From Tolypothrix carrinoi HA7290-LM1 (GTDB taxonomy: Bacteria; Cyanobacteriota; Cyanobacteriia; Cyanobacteriales; Nostocaceae), in NCBI GenBank assembly GCA_019358935.1, contig JAHHIK010000025.1, positions 1 to 64,000 on the forward strand: a stretch of DNA of 64,000 nt, given 5' to 3'. Positions 52,262 through 63,279 of this stretch are shown here, one piece after another. The stretch's first letter is position 1, and each line of letters opens with the position of its first letter. The position numbers and the translations under genes were made by a program. Below the pieces are notes generated by a model, which searched no databases, was not told the DNA's origin, and saw nothing but the letters and a program-made list of their open reading frames with translations.

Positions 52262-52470
52262 AGGGAGAGGGGGAGACAAGGAGGACAAGGGGACAAGGAG
52301 ACAAGGAGGACAAGGAGGACAAAAAATACCCATTACCCATTACCCATTCCCCATTACCCATTACCCATTCCCCATTCCCCATTCCCCATTCCCCATTCCC
52401 AATGCCCAATGACGGCAGATGCTCCACTTGGGGAGACCCCAAGACCGCACAGCCAAACCTATGCCCCATT
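52262..52470. repeat. STRR arrays plus one structured dispersed repeat (52412-52454)
   Basis: GGACAAG units, CCCATTA/CCCATTC heptamers, ACGGCAGATGC...GCACAGCC. Confidence 0.85.
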
Positions 52471-52575
52471 ATTAATTTCTCACTTCTCCCCCCAAAAGAA
52501 ATGCGCTAAACTCAATTTAGGTCGAACCATTTTTGGTTCGGCACAATACTTCTTGGAAGATATCCTTATCGCAGG

Positions 52576-52600
52576 AAGTGGGTCAATGCCCACTTTTTTT
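52576..52600 (+). promoter_or_regulatory. rimP leader terminator-like hairpin
   Basis: AAGTGGG-TCAATG-CCCACTT plus T-tract just upstream of rimP. Confidence 0.7.
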
Positions 52601-52613
52601 ATTGAATTATTGC

Positions 52614-53075
52614 ATGACTCATCCCTTAGTCCCACAAATTATTGATTTGGCGACACCAGTAGCAGAAGAACTGGGATTGGAAGTCGTTGGGGTAGTTTTT
52701 CATACTAACCAACGTCCGCCAGTGTTGCGGGTAGATATCCGCAATCCCCAACAGGACACTGGATTGAATGATTGTGAGCGGATGAGCCGTGCTTTAGAAG
52801 CCTCCTTAGATGGATCGGATATCATTCCAGATGCTTACGTTTTAGAGGTGTCAAGTCCTGGTATTTCGCGGCAACTGACAACCGACAGGGAATACCTGTC
52901 CTTCAAAGGATTTCCTGTAATTGTCTTTACTTCCCAACCCTACGACGGACAGCAAGAGTGGATTGGTCAGTTGATTCGCCGGGATGAAATATCAGTTTAC
53001 TTAAACCAAAAAGGTCGTGTAATCGAAATTCCTCGCACTCTCATAAGTAGGGTGCAGTTGAATGAGAGCAGATAA
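52614..53075 (+). CDS. rimP: Ribosome maturation factor RimP
   Basis: [34 protein letters not shown]. Confidence 0.96.
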   Translation: MTHPLVPQIIDLATPVAEELGLEVVGVVFHTNQRPPVLRVDIRNPQQDTGLNDCERMSRALEASLDGSDIIPDAYVLEVSSPGISRQLTTDREYLSFKGFPVIVFTSQPYDGQQEWIGQLIRRDEISVYLNQKGRVIEIPRTLISRVQLNESR

Positions 53076-53076
53076 A

Positions 53077-53190
53077 AGTTAGGAGTTAAAAGTTAGGAGG
53101 CGCGGAGTTAGGAGGCGCGGAGTTAGGAGTTAAGAGTTAAGTTTTGAGTTCTTTTAAAACTCCTAACTCATAACTTACAACTCCTAACTT
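53077..53190. repeat. Inverted STRR arms (GGAGTTA / TAACTCC) between rimP and nusA
   Basis: Visible; a similar pair lies at about 59337-59400 after infB. Confidence 0.85.
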
Positions 53191-53242
53191 CTGCTTTTAA
53201 CTTCTGCTGGGTGTCTGCATAATAATTAAAGGAGATAAATCT

Positions 53243-54868
53243 ATGTCTACAGTTAAATTAACGGGATTAAAAGATTTAATCGAAAATATCAGTCGCGAAC
53301 GGAATTTACCGCGTCTGGCAGTTCAATCAGCTATCAGAGAAGCACTACTAAAAGGTTACGAACGTTATCGCCGTGCCCAAAATTTAGAGCGAAGACAATT
53401 TGATGAAGAGTACTTTAATAATTTTGAAGTAGAACTTGATGTTGACGAACAAGGATTTCGCGTTCTTTCCACTAAAAGCATTGTTGAACAAGTTAGCAAT
53501 TCCGATCATCAAATTTCTTTAAAAGAAGTTCAAGAAGTAGCTCCGGAAGCACAATTAGGTGACTCTGTGGTGCTAGATGTTACCCCTGATAAAGAAGAAT
53601 TTGGTCGCATGGCGGCGATGCAAACCAAGCAAGTTTTAGCGCAAAAATTGCGAGATCAGCAGCGCCAGTTGGTGCAAGAAGAATTTCAAGACTTAGAAGG
53701 AACTGTGCTGCAAGCAAGAGTACTGCGCTTTGAAAGACAGTCAGTGATTATGGCAGTTGTCAGTGGCTTCGGTCAACCAGAGGTAGAAGCTGAATTACCC
53801 AAGCGCGAACAATTGCCCAACGATAATTACCGAGCAAATGCTACATTTAAGGTATATCTGAAAAAGGTTTCTCAAGGACAGCAACGCGGACCGCAGTTAC
53901 TAGTTTCCAGAGCAGATGCTGGTTTAGTAGTATATTTGTTTGCTAACGAAGTGCCGGAAATTGAAGATGAAGTTGTGCGAATTGTTGCTGTAGCCAGAGA
54001 AGCTAATCCGCCTTCGCGTTACGTCGGACCGCGAACTAAAATTGCTGTTGATACCTTAGATCGCGATGTCGATCCAGTTGGTGCTTGTATTGGAGCGCGA
54101 GGATCGCGAATTCAAGTGGTGGTCAATGAATTGCGCGGGGAAAAAATCGATGTGATTCGTTGGTCGCCAGATCCCGCAACTTACATTGCTAACGGCTTGA
54201 GTCCCGCACGAGTCGATGAAGTACGCCTCATGGACCCCGAAAGTCGCCAAACTCACGTTTTAGTAGCTGAAGATCAACTTAGTTTAGCTATTGGTAAAGA
54301 AGGACAAAACGTCCGTTTAGCTGCTCGTCTGACTGGCTGGAAAATTGACATCAAAGACAAAGCGAAGTATGACCCCGCAGCAGAAGATGCAAAATTTGTC
54401 GCCGTCCGAGCAAAACATCAACAAGAAGAAGATGAAAGGGAGTTTGAGGAACTCGAAAAAATAGAGCAACTACAGCTAGACCAAGCACTGGAGTACGAGG
54501 AATTAGAAACATACGACGAGTATCAAGATGAGCAAGATGAGCAAGATGAGCAAGATGAGCAAGATGAGCAAGATGAAGAAATAGAAGCATGTCAAAACAA
54601 GTTAGAAACAGTTATGAAGTCAGTTGAGAATTTTCCATCTGACTTAAAAGTAGCTTTGCAAAATTTCATAGAAGAAAGATCGCAATTAGCAGACGATTTT
54701 AGACAATTGTTGCTGAAAAGTTCTTTAAGTTCACTAAAACAGCTTTTAGAACGCCTAGCCGATTTAGCTGTGGCTTCTGATACACCTTTTGCTATAACCA
54801 AACTTACTAACGCTTTAGGAATAAAAGGTGCTACATTTCAAAGCATCTTGTCTTTATTGGTAGTTTGA
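53243..54868 (+). CDS. nusA: Transcription termination/antitermination factor NusA with atypical C-terminal extension
   Basis: FGRMAAMQTKQV, S1 and KH domains, AIGKEGQNVRLAARLTGWKIDI. Confidence 0.97.
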   Translation: MSTVKLTGLKDLIENISRERNLPRLAVQSAIREALLKGYERYRRAQNLERRQFDEEYFNNFEVELDVDEQGFRVLSTKSIVEQVSNSDHQISLKEVQEVAPEAQLGDSVVLDVTPDKEEFGRMAAMQTKQVLAQKLRDQQRQLVQEEFQDLEGTVLQARVLRFERQSVIMAVVSGFGQPEVEAELPKREQLPNDNYRANATFKVYLKKVSQGQQRGPQLLVSRADAGLVVYLFANEVPEIEDEVVRIVAVAREANPPSRYVGPRTKIAVDTLDRDVDPVGACIGARGSRIQVVVNELRGEKIDVIRWSPDPATYIANGLSPARVDEVRLMDPESRQTHVLVAEDQLSLAIGKEGQNVRLAARLTGWKIDIKDKAKYDPAAEDAKFVAVRAKHQQEEDEREFEELEKIEQLQLDQALEYEELETYDEYQDEQDEQDEQDEQDEQDEEIEACQNKLETVMKSVENFPSDLKVALQNFIEERSQLADDFRQLLLKSSLSSLKQLLERLADLAVASDTPFAITKLTNALGIKGATFQSILSLLVV

Positions 54869-54998
54869 GTATTCCAAAAATATTCACTCGCTTTTTCAGA
54901 AATGTAGCGCGATCGCACACAAAGCATATCTTTTCATTCATAGGATTACCCGATCGCCAACCTGTTTCTGGTACAAAATTTAATCGTTTGTTGGCTTG

Positions 54999-55124
54999 AT
55001 ACCAATTCTATGTGAGGTTGCGCTTTATTCTGTGTAGGGGCAATTCATGAAGGGTTCCCTACTGAGTGCGTAAGCGCGTGCGTGCTTAATTCCGCGCTTA
55101 CGCATCTTCAAGCCAGAATTGGCT
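54999..55124. mobile_element. MITE-like element, same shell as 38292-38406, with REP cargo
   Basis: ATACCAATTCTATGTGAGGTTGCG ... CGCATCTTCAAGCCAGAATTGG; TTGGCTTG direct repeat at 54991 and 55119. Confidence 0.65.
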
Positions 55125-55171
55125 TGAGCAATAGCCAAACCCAACAAACGAGCTTTTTGAAAAATAAAAAA

Positions 55172-55225
55172 GCGATGCCGAGTACGGCAACGCTTCTCTT
55201 CGAGAGGCTCCGCCAACGCGAACGC
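55172..55225 (+). repeat. Nested small dispersed repeats splitting a HIP1 site
   Basis: GCGAT-GCCGAGTACGGCAACGC-TTCTCTTCGAGAGGCTCCGCCAACGC-GAA-CGC. Confidence 0.55.
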
Positions 55226-55382
55226 GCTTTGATCGTAAATCGTTGCATCGGTTGACCTTGGCATCCGCAACTCGCTATAAATATTCTTAAATGTTGCAAA
55301 ACAGCAATAAACCGGGTAAAAATACAAATAACTTAACAAACCTTAATTTATCATGAAGCCAGTTGATAAAGGTTTAAGGAAG

Positions 55383-55400
55383 AATGTAACAAAATGTAAA
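55383..55400 (-). promoter_or_regulatory. HLR1 (RpaB-binding) consensus match upstream of ylxR-infB
   Basis: Reverse complement TTTACATT-TT-GTTACATT fits (G/T)TTACA(T/A)(T/A)-N2 repeat exactly. Confidence 0.55.
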
Positions 55401-55458
55401 AATTAGTACTGAGGAGTTATTTCACAAAAAATACTGCCTTGAAAGAAAGAGAAACAAG

Positions 55459-55704
55459 ATGAAAAAGAATTACCGACGTTGTATCAGTTGCCGCCAAGTC
55501 AAATTAAAAGAAGAGTTTTGGCGGATTGTCCGCGTCTTTCCATCTAGACAGGTACAATTAAATGAGGGCATGGGGCGTTCTGCCTACATTTGTCCGCAAG
55601 CGAGCTGCCTTTGTGCTGCTAAAAAAAAAAATAGATTAGGGCGATCGCTACATGCATCAGTGCCAGAAGCACTGTATCAAACATTGTGGCAACGTTTAGC
55701 CTAA
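55459..55704 (+). CDS. ylxR: YlxR/DUF448 RNA-binding protein
   Basis: RRCISCR, GMGRSAYICP..SC, RLGRSL; between nusA and infB. Confidence 0.92.
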   Translation: MKKNYRRCISCRQVKLKEEFWRIVRVFPSRQVQLNEGMGRSAYICPQASCLCAAKKKNRLGRSLHASVPEALYQTLWQRLA

Positions 55705-56152
55705 AGCCATACCTACTAATATTCGGGGTTTGGGGGTAATCACTCAGACAATTGTACTGACAGCCGTACTAATACGCTATCATCACATTCTGACTTGATT
55801 GCTTGGGTTAATGCCAAAATAGTAAATGGGTGTAGGCAGGGCAGCTTGCTCGCTTCTCAACTTTATTGCAGAGCGGCGAAGCAACATTCCCAAAAGTTTT
55901 ACTCGATTGTGTTGTGGAATCAGAATCAGCAAAACAAAAAAAAACAATATGGCAACCTGGTAGCGCGATCGCGTGGCATCAACCATCCTTGGGTGGAAAG
56001 ATGCCAACAGTAAACCGAAACATCTCTCTTTCCTGATTGGAGGCACCGGCAAAATCGTATCTGGGCAACCTAAACACAGCAGTCAAAGGATGGAGATGTC
56101 GCACTTTCAGGCAGCCATCCGCTAAAACTGTAATCTTATTGGGGAAGAGTGG

Positions 56153-59100
56153 ATGAACAACGGCAAAGTGAGAATTTACGAATTATCAAAGGAATTGAAT
56201 TTGGATAACAAAGAGCTACTAGCAATTTGCGACCAGCTCGATATTGCGGTCAAAAGCCATAGCAGTACAATTTCGGAAACAGAGGCAGAACAAATCCGGA
56301 CAGCAGCGGAAAAACTCGCAGCTACGAATGTAATGCCAAAAAAAGAACTTACAACCAGTCATAAAGCAAATTCACCACAAATTGGTGGACCTTCCCGACC
56401 AACCGCACCCCACAAACAACAAATTTTGGAAATTCGCAAACCCAAAATATTGAGAAACACTACCTCCAACGCCCAAGAGGCGTCAGTTGCTATTAGTACT
56501 GAATTTGCTTCTTCTGAGGCTAATCCTCCTTCACCTCCACGACCCTTCGCCACACCAGTCTCATCATCAATGAAGCCGACGGCACCAACTCGACCAATAC
56601 CCAAAAATCAGTCTGAGACCCCACAAAAACCTTTTGTGACTGAAGCCGAGCAAACGCTCGATCGTACTCCAACACCAGAAAAAACAGCCGCAGAAAAACC
56701 GGAAAAACCGCCGAGACCAAAACCGGAAAAACCGCCGAGACCGCAACTAGCAGCGCCACCCGCAAGACCACTTGCGGAAACAGCGACTTCTACAGATGGA
56801 CAGCCTCTGGTGGAAGTGGGAGAGCCGATTGAAGCGCCATCGCTGACGACGACACAAAAACCGATCCTGAAGCGCGATCGCGATCAGGTAAAACCGAAAA
56901 TCGCCAGACCAACAAGCGACCAGCCCGCACCAGATGCACCCCGTCCAGCAGGACGACCCACTCCCGCACCAGCCAGACCCGAGCAAAAAGGTAATAGACA
57001 AGGCGCGCCAACACCCTCAGGAGATCCGCAACGACCCACAAGACCGGTACGTCCAAGTGAAAAGCCAGTCGCAGCCTCACTGCCAGTGGCAACTCCACCA
57101 AGAGGGCTTGCAGGCGTTTCCGCAAAACAAGACCTTCCGGATGACGATCCCGTAGCACCCGATTTGCTCGACCTCAAACGCCCCACACCACCTCGCCTAC
57201 TCAAAGGTGGTAAAAAGTGGCAGGAAGAGGAAATTATTGACGAAGTTAAAGAAAAAGCAGGCAAGGGAGTCACCAAAGGCAAACGAGTTAAGCCAATCCT
57301 GGATGATGAATTTGAAGAAGACTTGCTTGATGATGAAGATCCAGATTCACTTCTCACCGTTCAAGTCAGCCTTTCGATCGCTCGTCCTCCCAAACCCAAA
57401 GCAAGCCGACCTTCCTCACCTACTGTAGCTCCAACAACCAGCATCCCAACTGCTAAAGGTAGTAAAAAATCCAGCAGCCGCGATCGCGATCGCGACCGCG
57501 ATCAAAAAGGCGGACGGCAGCAAGAGCAAAAGCGCGATCGTCCAGAAAAACTGGTAGTAACCGGTCCCATGACCGTGCAAGAACTGTCTGAAGCCTTAGC
57601 AATTGCCGATACAGAGATTGTGAAAATCCTGTTCATGAAAGGCATGGCGGTAAGCATCACCCAAAACCTGGATATTCCCACCATTACCCTAATCGCAACC
57701 GAGCTAGAAGTACCAGTCGAAACCGCCGAACTAGAATCCGAGGCAATCAAAGTCACGGAAATGATCGAAGCGGCAGACTTGGAAAACCTCGTGCGCCGTC
57801 CGCCAGTTGTGACAATTATGGGTCACGTAGACCACGGCAAAACTACCCTGCTCGACTCGATTCGCAAAACCAAAGTGGCAGCCGGCGAAGCTGGTGGTAT
57901 TACCCAACACATCGGTGCTTACCACGTCGATGTCGAACATGAAGGCAAGATGCAGCAAATCGTCTTCCTTGACACCCCCGGTCACGAAGCTTTTACAGCT
58001 ATGCGGGCACGAGGAGCGCGGGTGACAGACATTGCTGTGTTAGTAGTAGCAGCAGATGATGGCGTTCGTCCCCAAACCATTGAAGCTATTAGACATGCCC
58101 AAGCCGCTGAAGTGCCAATTGTCGTAGCAATTAACAAAATTGACAAAGAAGGGGCACAGCCAGAGCGGGTGAAACAAGAACTCACCCAGTATGGTTTAAC
58201 CGCAGAAGATTGGGGCGGTGACACAATCATGGTTCCCGTCAGCGCCATTAAGGGCGAAAACCTAGATACGCTCTTAGAAATGATTTTGATTGTCGATGAG
58301 GTAGGCGAACTCTCTGCCAATCCAAATCGGACTGCAAAAGGAACTGTGATTGAAGCTCACCTGGATAAAGCAAAGGGAGCAGTTGCGACTTTGTTAATTC
58401 AGAATGGTACTCTCCACGTCGGCGATATGCTCGTAGCTGGCTCTGCCTTTGGTAAAGTTAGAGCAATGGTCGATGACAGAGGAGCCAGAGTTGAAGCTGC
58501 AAGTCCAAGTTTTGCCGTCGAGGTGTTGGGTCTAAGTGATGTGCCAGCAGCAGGCGACGAGTTCGAGGTTTTCGAGAACGAAAAACAAGCACGCGCACTC
58601 GCCTCAGACAGAGCAGACAAACAACGCGCCTCCCGTCTATTACAGGGACGCGTTACCCTGACAACCCTTTCCGCTCAGGCACAAGAAGGCGAGTTGAAAG
58701 AACTCAACTTGATTCTCAAAGGAGACGTACAAGGTTCTGTAGAAGCGATTGTCGGATCGCTCAAACAAATCCCGCAAAACGAAGTGCAAATTCGCATGTT
58801 ATTGGCTACTGCTGGGGAAATCACCGAGACAGATATCGACTTGGCTGCCGCCAGTAACGCCGTAATCATTGGCTTCAATACCACCTTCGCCAGTGGTGCC
58901 AGACAAGCCGCCGATGAAGCTGGTGTGGATGTAAGAGAATACAACATCATCTACAAACTTCTAGAAGACATCCAGGCAGCCCTGGAAGGTCTATTAGAGC
59001 CAGAATTGGTGGAAGAACATCTGGGGATCACCGAAGTGCGTGCCGTCTTCCCAGTGGGACGCGGTGCGGTTGCTGGTTGCTACGTGCAATCTGGCAAGCT

Positions 59101-59317
59101 AGTTCGCAACTGCAAAATCCGAGTGCGTCGTAATAACAAAGTCATTTATGAAGGTGTTCTTGACTCCCTGAAACGGATGAAAGATGACGTTAAGGAAGTG
59201 AATGCTGGCTATGAATGCGGTATCGGCGTTGATAAATTCAACGACTGGGCTGAAAGTGACAGCATCGAATCCTACCAAATGGTGACGAAACGCCGCACTT
59301 TGACTCCGACAAGATAA
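56153..59317 (+). CDS. infB: Translation initiation factor IF-2
   Basis: [43 protein letters not shown]. Confidence 0.99.
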   Translation: MNNGKVRIYELSKELNLDNKELLAICDQLDIAVKSHSSTISETEAEQIRTAAEKLAATNVMPKKELTTSHKANSPQIGGPSRPTAPHKQQILEIRKPKILRNTTSNAQEASVAISTEFASSEANPPSPPRPFATPVSSSMKPTAPTRPIPKNQSETPQKPFVTEAEQTLDRTPTPEKTAAEKPEKPPRPKPEKPPRPQLAAPPARPLAETATSTDGQPLVEVGEPIEAPSLTTTQKPILKRDRDQVKPKIARPTSDQPAPDAPRPAGRPTPAPARPEQKGNRQGAPTPSGDPQRPTRPVRPSEKPVAASLPVATPPRGLAGVSAKQDLPDDDPVAPDLLDLKRPTPPRLLKGGKKWQEEEIIDEVKEKAGKGVTKGKRVKPILDDEFEEDLLDDEDPDSLLTVQVSLSIARPPKPKASRPSSPTVAPTTSIPTAKGSKKSSSRDRDRDRDQKGGRQQEQKRDRPEKLVVTGPMTVQELSEALAIADTEIVKILFMKGMAVSITQNLDIPTITLIATELEVPVETAELESEAIKVTEMIEAADLENLVRRPPVVTIMGHVDHGKTTLLDSIRKTKVAAGEAGGITQHIGAYHVDVEHEGKMQQIVFLDTPGHEAFTAMRARGARVTDIAVLVVAADDGVRPQTIEAIRHAQAAEVPIVVAINKIDKEGAQPERVKQELTQYGLTAEDWGGDTIMVPVSAIKGENLDTLLEMILIVDEVGELSANPNRTAKGTVIEAHLDKAKGAVATLLIQNGTLHVGDMLVAGSAFGKVRAMVDDRGARVEAASPSFAVEVLGLSDVPAAGDEFEVFENEKQARALASDRADKQRASRLLQGRVTLTTLSAQAQEGELKELNLILKGDVQGSVEAIVGSLKQIPQNEVQIRMLLATAGEITETDIDLAAASNAVIIGFNTTFASGARQAADEAGVDVREYNIIYKLLEDIQAALEGLLEPELVEEHLGITEVRAVFPVGRGAVAGCYVQSGKLVRNCKIRVRRNNKVIYEGVLDSLKRMKDDVKEVNAGYECGIGVDKFNDWAESDSIESYQMVTKRRTLTPTR

Positions 59318-59408
59318 GGCACAAGTGCAAAATAGCTATGAGTTAGGAGTTATGAGTTATGAGTTTTTAACTCCTAACTCTCAACTCATAACTCCTAATT
59401 CTTCTACT

Positions 59409-60020
59409 ATGTCCTCATTTCGCTCTGAACCTATTTTGTGGATTCACATCGCTGGATTGGCAACGCTGCCGATTTTTTTGCCGCTGTGTTTATTGTTTTT
59501 GGCAGTAGGCGATCGCTCACTACCAACCTGGCTAGAACTACTTATAGTTGCGGCAATTGGCATTCTACCGCTGTTGTGGATGCAGTTACGCCGCCCTTTT
59601 TATACATTTGCCCTTCTGGGAGTAGCCCTCAAGCCAGAAATCCTCTCAGAACCCCAGCGTAAAATTCTCTGTTTAGTTAATACAAAATTAAATCGCCTGC
59701 TAGCAGTTTTCGGAGCTGTATTATCAGTTTTGATATTGGTGCTGCTTTACCAAGCAACTCCCTTGGTAGCAAACATTGCTCGGCTTTTACCTCAATGGAG
59801 AGGTTTAGCATTGCTGCTTGCTGGTTTATTTTTTTTAGCGAGTAATTTATTTTTGCAAATTCCCCTGAGTGTCGCAGGAGTTTTGGTGACGAAGGAAACA
59901 GAATTTGCAGCTTTAGAACCGTTATCTTTAGAAAAGATTAAGCAGGATTTTACAATTTTAGGGGTGCGGGTTAATCAAATCTTGCCCCAGTTGACTGGCA
60001 AAGTTAAAACTGAGGAATGA
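59409..60020 (+). CDS. Low-complexity tail membrane protein family
   Basis: MSSFRSEPILWIHIAG, LWMQLRRPF, LASNLFLQIPLSV; upstream ORF extension is STRR sequence. Confidence 0.85.
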   Translation: MSSFRSEPILWIHIAGLATLPIFLPLCLLFLAVGDRSLPTWLELLIVAAIGILPLLWMQLRRPFYTFALLGVALKPEILSEPQRKILCLVNTKLNRLLAVFGAVLSVLILVLLYQATPLVANIARLLPQWRGLALLLAGLFFLASNLFLQIPLSVAGVLVTKETEFAALEPLSLEKIKQDFTILGVRVNQILPQLTGKVKTEE

Positions 60021-60026
60021 GTAATT

Positions 60027-60206
60027 ATGGCGCGAATTCAAAATAAAAGTGATGCGGAAATTTGGAATAATCTGATATCGGCGATCGCCGCTAGTTCAGG
60101 CTTCCAAAGCTGGCAACTAGAACACGATGCTCAATTACAAGGGCTTAGGCTCGAGCAACAAGTACAGCGCTATTTGCGGGAAACTTTAGAAACTTTAGCT
60201 TACTAA
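60027..60206 (+). CDS. Small conserved cyanobacterial protein (59 aa, missing from ORF track)
   Basis: MARIQNKSDAEIWNNLISAIAASSGFQSWQLEH...VQRYLRETLETLAY*. Confidence 0.8.
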   Translation: MARIQNKSDAEIWNNLISAIAASSGFQSWQLEHDAQLQGLRLEQQVQRYLRETLETLAY

Positions 60207-60325
60207 GTAGCTAAGTATAAATGAGGAGAAAAAATAATCCCAATAGCTGATTGCTAATATTACAAAGGCAATTGGCTATTTTGCGCGTGCGAAAATATAT
60301 GTTAGTTTTCTAACGAAAAAAGTAC

Positions 60326-60880
60326 TTAAAAACGGAGAAAATCTGGTAGATTTTCTTGCAAGCGACGCAGTTGACGGTAGGCACTTTCTAGGCGATCACC
60401 TTCAACTTCCACCTCCGGAGTGGGATAATTTTGGATGACTTCTATAAGTGTAATTTGCCTATCTTTACTGGCAGAAACTACCAAAGCAGGCCGTAAAGCT
60501 TGTTTGTCTGCCTGACGCGATCGCGTATGAATAACCTGAGTAAGTTGATCTAAAATCACATTACCAATCCGGCTATTTAGTACCTTATCTAAAATCACCG
60601 GGTTAATTTTCACAGGTTCAGTTAAGTACTGACGAATTGCTTGAGGGTTTTGTCTAGCCAAAGCTAAATTCACTCTTAAGGAAGTTGACAGTTTACCAGT
60701 TTGGGCAAAAGTAGACAACTCCTCTACCGAAACTGATTCTCGGAAGATGCGATACTTCAACACCACCGATTCCGCAGCTAAAGCAGGAACACCGGAAAGT
60801 ATAAAATAAATACTTATTACTAAAACTAACCCACGATACACAGACAAAAACTGGCAACGCATTTCCCCACATTTCCCCAA
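60326..60880 (-). CDS. DUF1400 domain secreted protein
   Basis: PALAAESVVLKY...VSVEELSTFAQTG, ITLIEVIQNYPT. Confidence 0.85.
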   Translation of the reverse strand: MGKCGEMRCQFLSVYRGLVLVISIYFILSGVPALAAESVVLKYRIFRESVSVEELSTFAQTGKLSTSLRVNLALARQNPQAIRQYLTEPVKINPVILDKVLNSRIGNVILDQLTQVIHTRSRQADKQALRPALVVSASKDRQITLIEVIQNYPTPEVEVEGDRLESAYRQLRRLQENLPDFLRF

Positions 60881-61310
60881 GCTTGGCTGTGCTTTTAACG
60901 ATAATTGCTTTTTATTAGTTGCAACATCTTCCTCACGTCATACCATTTGACTTTAGATTTGCAACAAATCGACAGCAGACGTATATTTTTATTAAAAAAT
61001 ATTAAGTTATTACCTTTTTAGATAATAAACTTAAACATTAAAACCTCAATAAAAGTATTGTCAAATACAATAGCTTTGAATCACAGCCCAAAAACACTAC
61101 TGTAAGAGGTTTTTTGGTCAAACTTCAATTCAGCTTGACAGTTTTCAAAGTGTAACATACAACAAGATTAGCGTTGATTTTTATTCAAGAATTTGGCTGA
61201 TAAGGTGCTGTTATTCCGGTATAGTTTTGCATGGGTTTTACAGCTACATGGCTGCTATCGATACCTCTTTCAACTTACCTTAATTCACTCAAATCACAGA
61301 TATAAAAAAG

Positions 61311-63026
61311 ATGAAACGTCAGGGTTTTCACAAGCCTCAATCGAAAACTTTTCGCCTTCTTTCTAGCAGTCACCCTAGATATACTCTACCCTTGCGAGCA
61401 GGACTAAGCGCCTTGATACTGGTTTGTGCTGGGTCAATGCGATCGCCTGGTCAAGTAAATGCTAGTGCTACCCTCTTTGAAGGTATTACTCCAACTCTAA
61501 CCGCGCAAGTTCCTGCAACAGCAACAGCAACAGCAATTTACGTTAACCCAGCGACCGGTGCAGACAGCGCTGCTAGCAATTCTGAAGCAACACCCTATAA
61601 AACTATCACCTTCGCCCTCAGCAAGGCTCAACCAGGTACCGTCATTCAACTCGCTGGTGGTACTTATAACAGTGAAAGTGGCGAAAAATTTCCACTATTC
61701 ATTCAACAAGGTGTGACACTACGCGGTGATGATGCCAGCAAAGGTCAGGCGATATTAATTACAGGTAGTGGTTCATATACTAGTCGCACCTTTGCCGCGC
61801 AAAACATGACAATTCGCGCTGACAAAGATTCTACCATCACTGGCGTTACAGTCACCAACCCCAATCAACGCGGTACTGGTGTGTGGGTTGAATCGACTAA
61901 TCCCACAATTACAAACAGTACATTTGTCAACAGTGGAAGAGAAGGTATTTTCGTTACGGGTACAGGTAATCCTAAAATTGAAAATAACGTCTTTACTGAA
62001 AACAAGGGCAATGGGGTTTCCGTCGCTAAATCTGCCACAGGTGAAATTCGCAATAACTTGTTTCAATCAACTGGTTTTGGTATTGCAGTTAGCGATTTGG
62101 CAACTCCTTTAATTACTGATAATCAAATTATCCAAAACTATGGCGGCATTGTTGTCACTGGTAGCGCAAAACCCGTGCTGCGTAACAACGTAATTCAAGA
62201 TAACCGAGATCACGGATTAGTTGCACTTCAGAAATCTTCACCAGACTTGGGAACTCAGGAAAATCCTGGTAAAAACCTGATTCGCAATAACGGTAAAAAA
62301 GACCCAAAAAAGCTTTTTGACGTATTAAATGCGACCACTCAGAATACAATAGTCGCTGTTGGTAATGATATTGACCCTACCCGAATTTCTGGCAAGGTAG
62401 ATTTTGTTGCTGCCAGCGTTGAACCCCCCGCAGGTGGTCAAACTGCTTTCAAAGATGTACCTGCGGGTTATTGGGCAAAAGGATACATTGAAGCTTTAGC
62501 CTCTGCGAATATTATTGCGGGCTTCCCCGATGGCAGTTTTAGACCGAATGAACCTGTAACACGCGCTCAATTTGCTACTATCGTCAATAAAGCTTTATCG
62601 CCAGCAAGCAAACGCCCAGGTATTGATTTTAAGGATCTGCAAAGCAATTTCTGGGCTTACGCAGCAATTCAATCTGCTTACCAGGGTCAATATGTGTCTG
62701 GCTATCCCGACGGTACGTTTAAACCACAGCAGCAAATTCCTAGAGTGCAGGTGTTAGTATCCTTAGCCAACGGTCTGGGTTTAAATGCTGAGACTCAAAA
62801 TGCTCTGGGTTTCTATACTGATGCGGCACAGATTCCCAAATATGCTACAGGTTCTGTTGCTGCGGCAACTTCCAGGCAATTAGTAATTAATTATCCTACC
62901 GTTAAGCAACTAAATCCAAATCGTGAGGCAACTAGGGCAGAAGTTGCTGCTTTTGTTTACCAAGCGCTAGTTAGTGCTGGACGCGCTCAAGCAATTCCCT
63001 CACCTTATTTGGTACAAACTCCGTAA
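61311..63026 (+). CDS. DUF1565 / parallel beta-helix protein with three SLH domains
   Basis: YVNPATGAD...PYKTITFAL, GEKFPL, beta-helix repeats, FRPNEPVTRAQFA. Confidence 0.92.
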   Translation: MKRQGFHKPQSKTFRLLSSSHPRYTLPLRAGLSALILVCAGSMRSPGQVNASATLFEGITPTLTAQVPATATATAIYVNPATGADSAASNSEATPYKTITFALSKAQPGTVIQLAGGTYNSESGEKFPLFIQQGVTLRGDDASKGQAILITGSGSYTSRTFAAQNMTIRADKDSTITGVTVTNPNQRGTGVWVESTNPTITNSTFVNSGREGIFVTGTGNPKIENNVFTENKGNGVSVAKSATGEIRNNLFQSTGFGIAVSDLATPLITDNQIIQNYGGIVVTGSAKPVLRNNVIQDNRDHGLVALQKSSPDLGTQENPGKNLIRNNGKKDPKKLFDVLNATTQNTIVAVGNDIDPTRISGKVDFVAASVEPPAGGQTAFKDVPAGYWAKGYIEALASANIIAGFPDGSFRPNEPVTRAQFATIVNKALSPASKRPGIDFKDLQSNFWAYAAIQSAYQGQYVSGYPDGTFKPQQQIPRVQVLVSLANGLGLNAETQNALGFYTDAAQIPKYATGSVAAATSRQLVINYPTVKQLNPNREATRAEVAAFVYQALVSAGRAQAIPSPYLVQTP

Positions 63027-63230
63027 TGGGGGACAAGGGGACAAGGGGACTAGGGGACAGGGGGGACAGGGGGGACAAGGGGGACAAGGGGGACTAGGGG
63101 GAGTTTGTCTCCTCGTCTTCCTTGTCTCCACGCCAGTCGCTACAACGGAGGGAACCTCCGCAACGCGCTGGCTCCCCCTCTCCCTTGTCTCCCTTGTCTT
63201 CCTTGTCTCCCCCCTCTCCCCATCCCCCTT
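63027..63230. repeat. Inverted STRR arms enclosing a structured dispersed repeat (63130-63178)
   Basis: GGGGACAAG arm and CTTGTCTCC arm; GCCAGTCGC...GCGCTGGC. Confidence 0.85.
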
Positions 63231-63239
63231 GCATAAATC

Positions 63240-63279
63240 AAAGCGCCAAGGCTTAACAATTGTTAGGTCTTGGCGCTTT
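63240..63279 (+). terminator. Terminator hairpin after the DUF1565-SLH gene
   Basis: AAAGCGCCAAGGCTTAAC-AATT-GTTAGGTCTTGGCGCTTT. Confidence 0.7.

Noticed and set aside
56359..58950. Numerous antisense and alternative-frame ORFs within infB
   Set aside because: Shadow ORFs of a highly conserved gene
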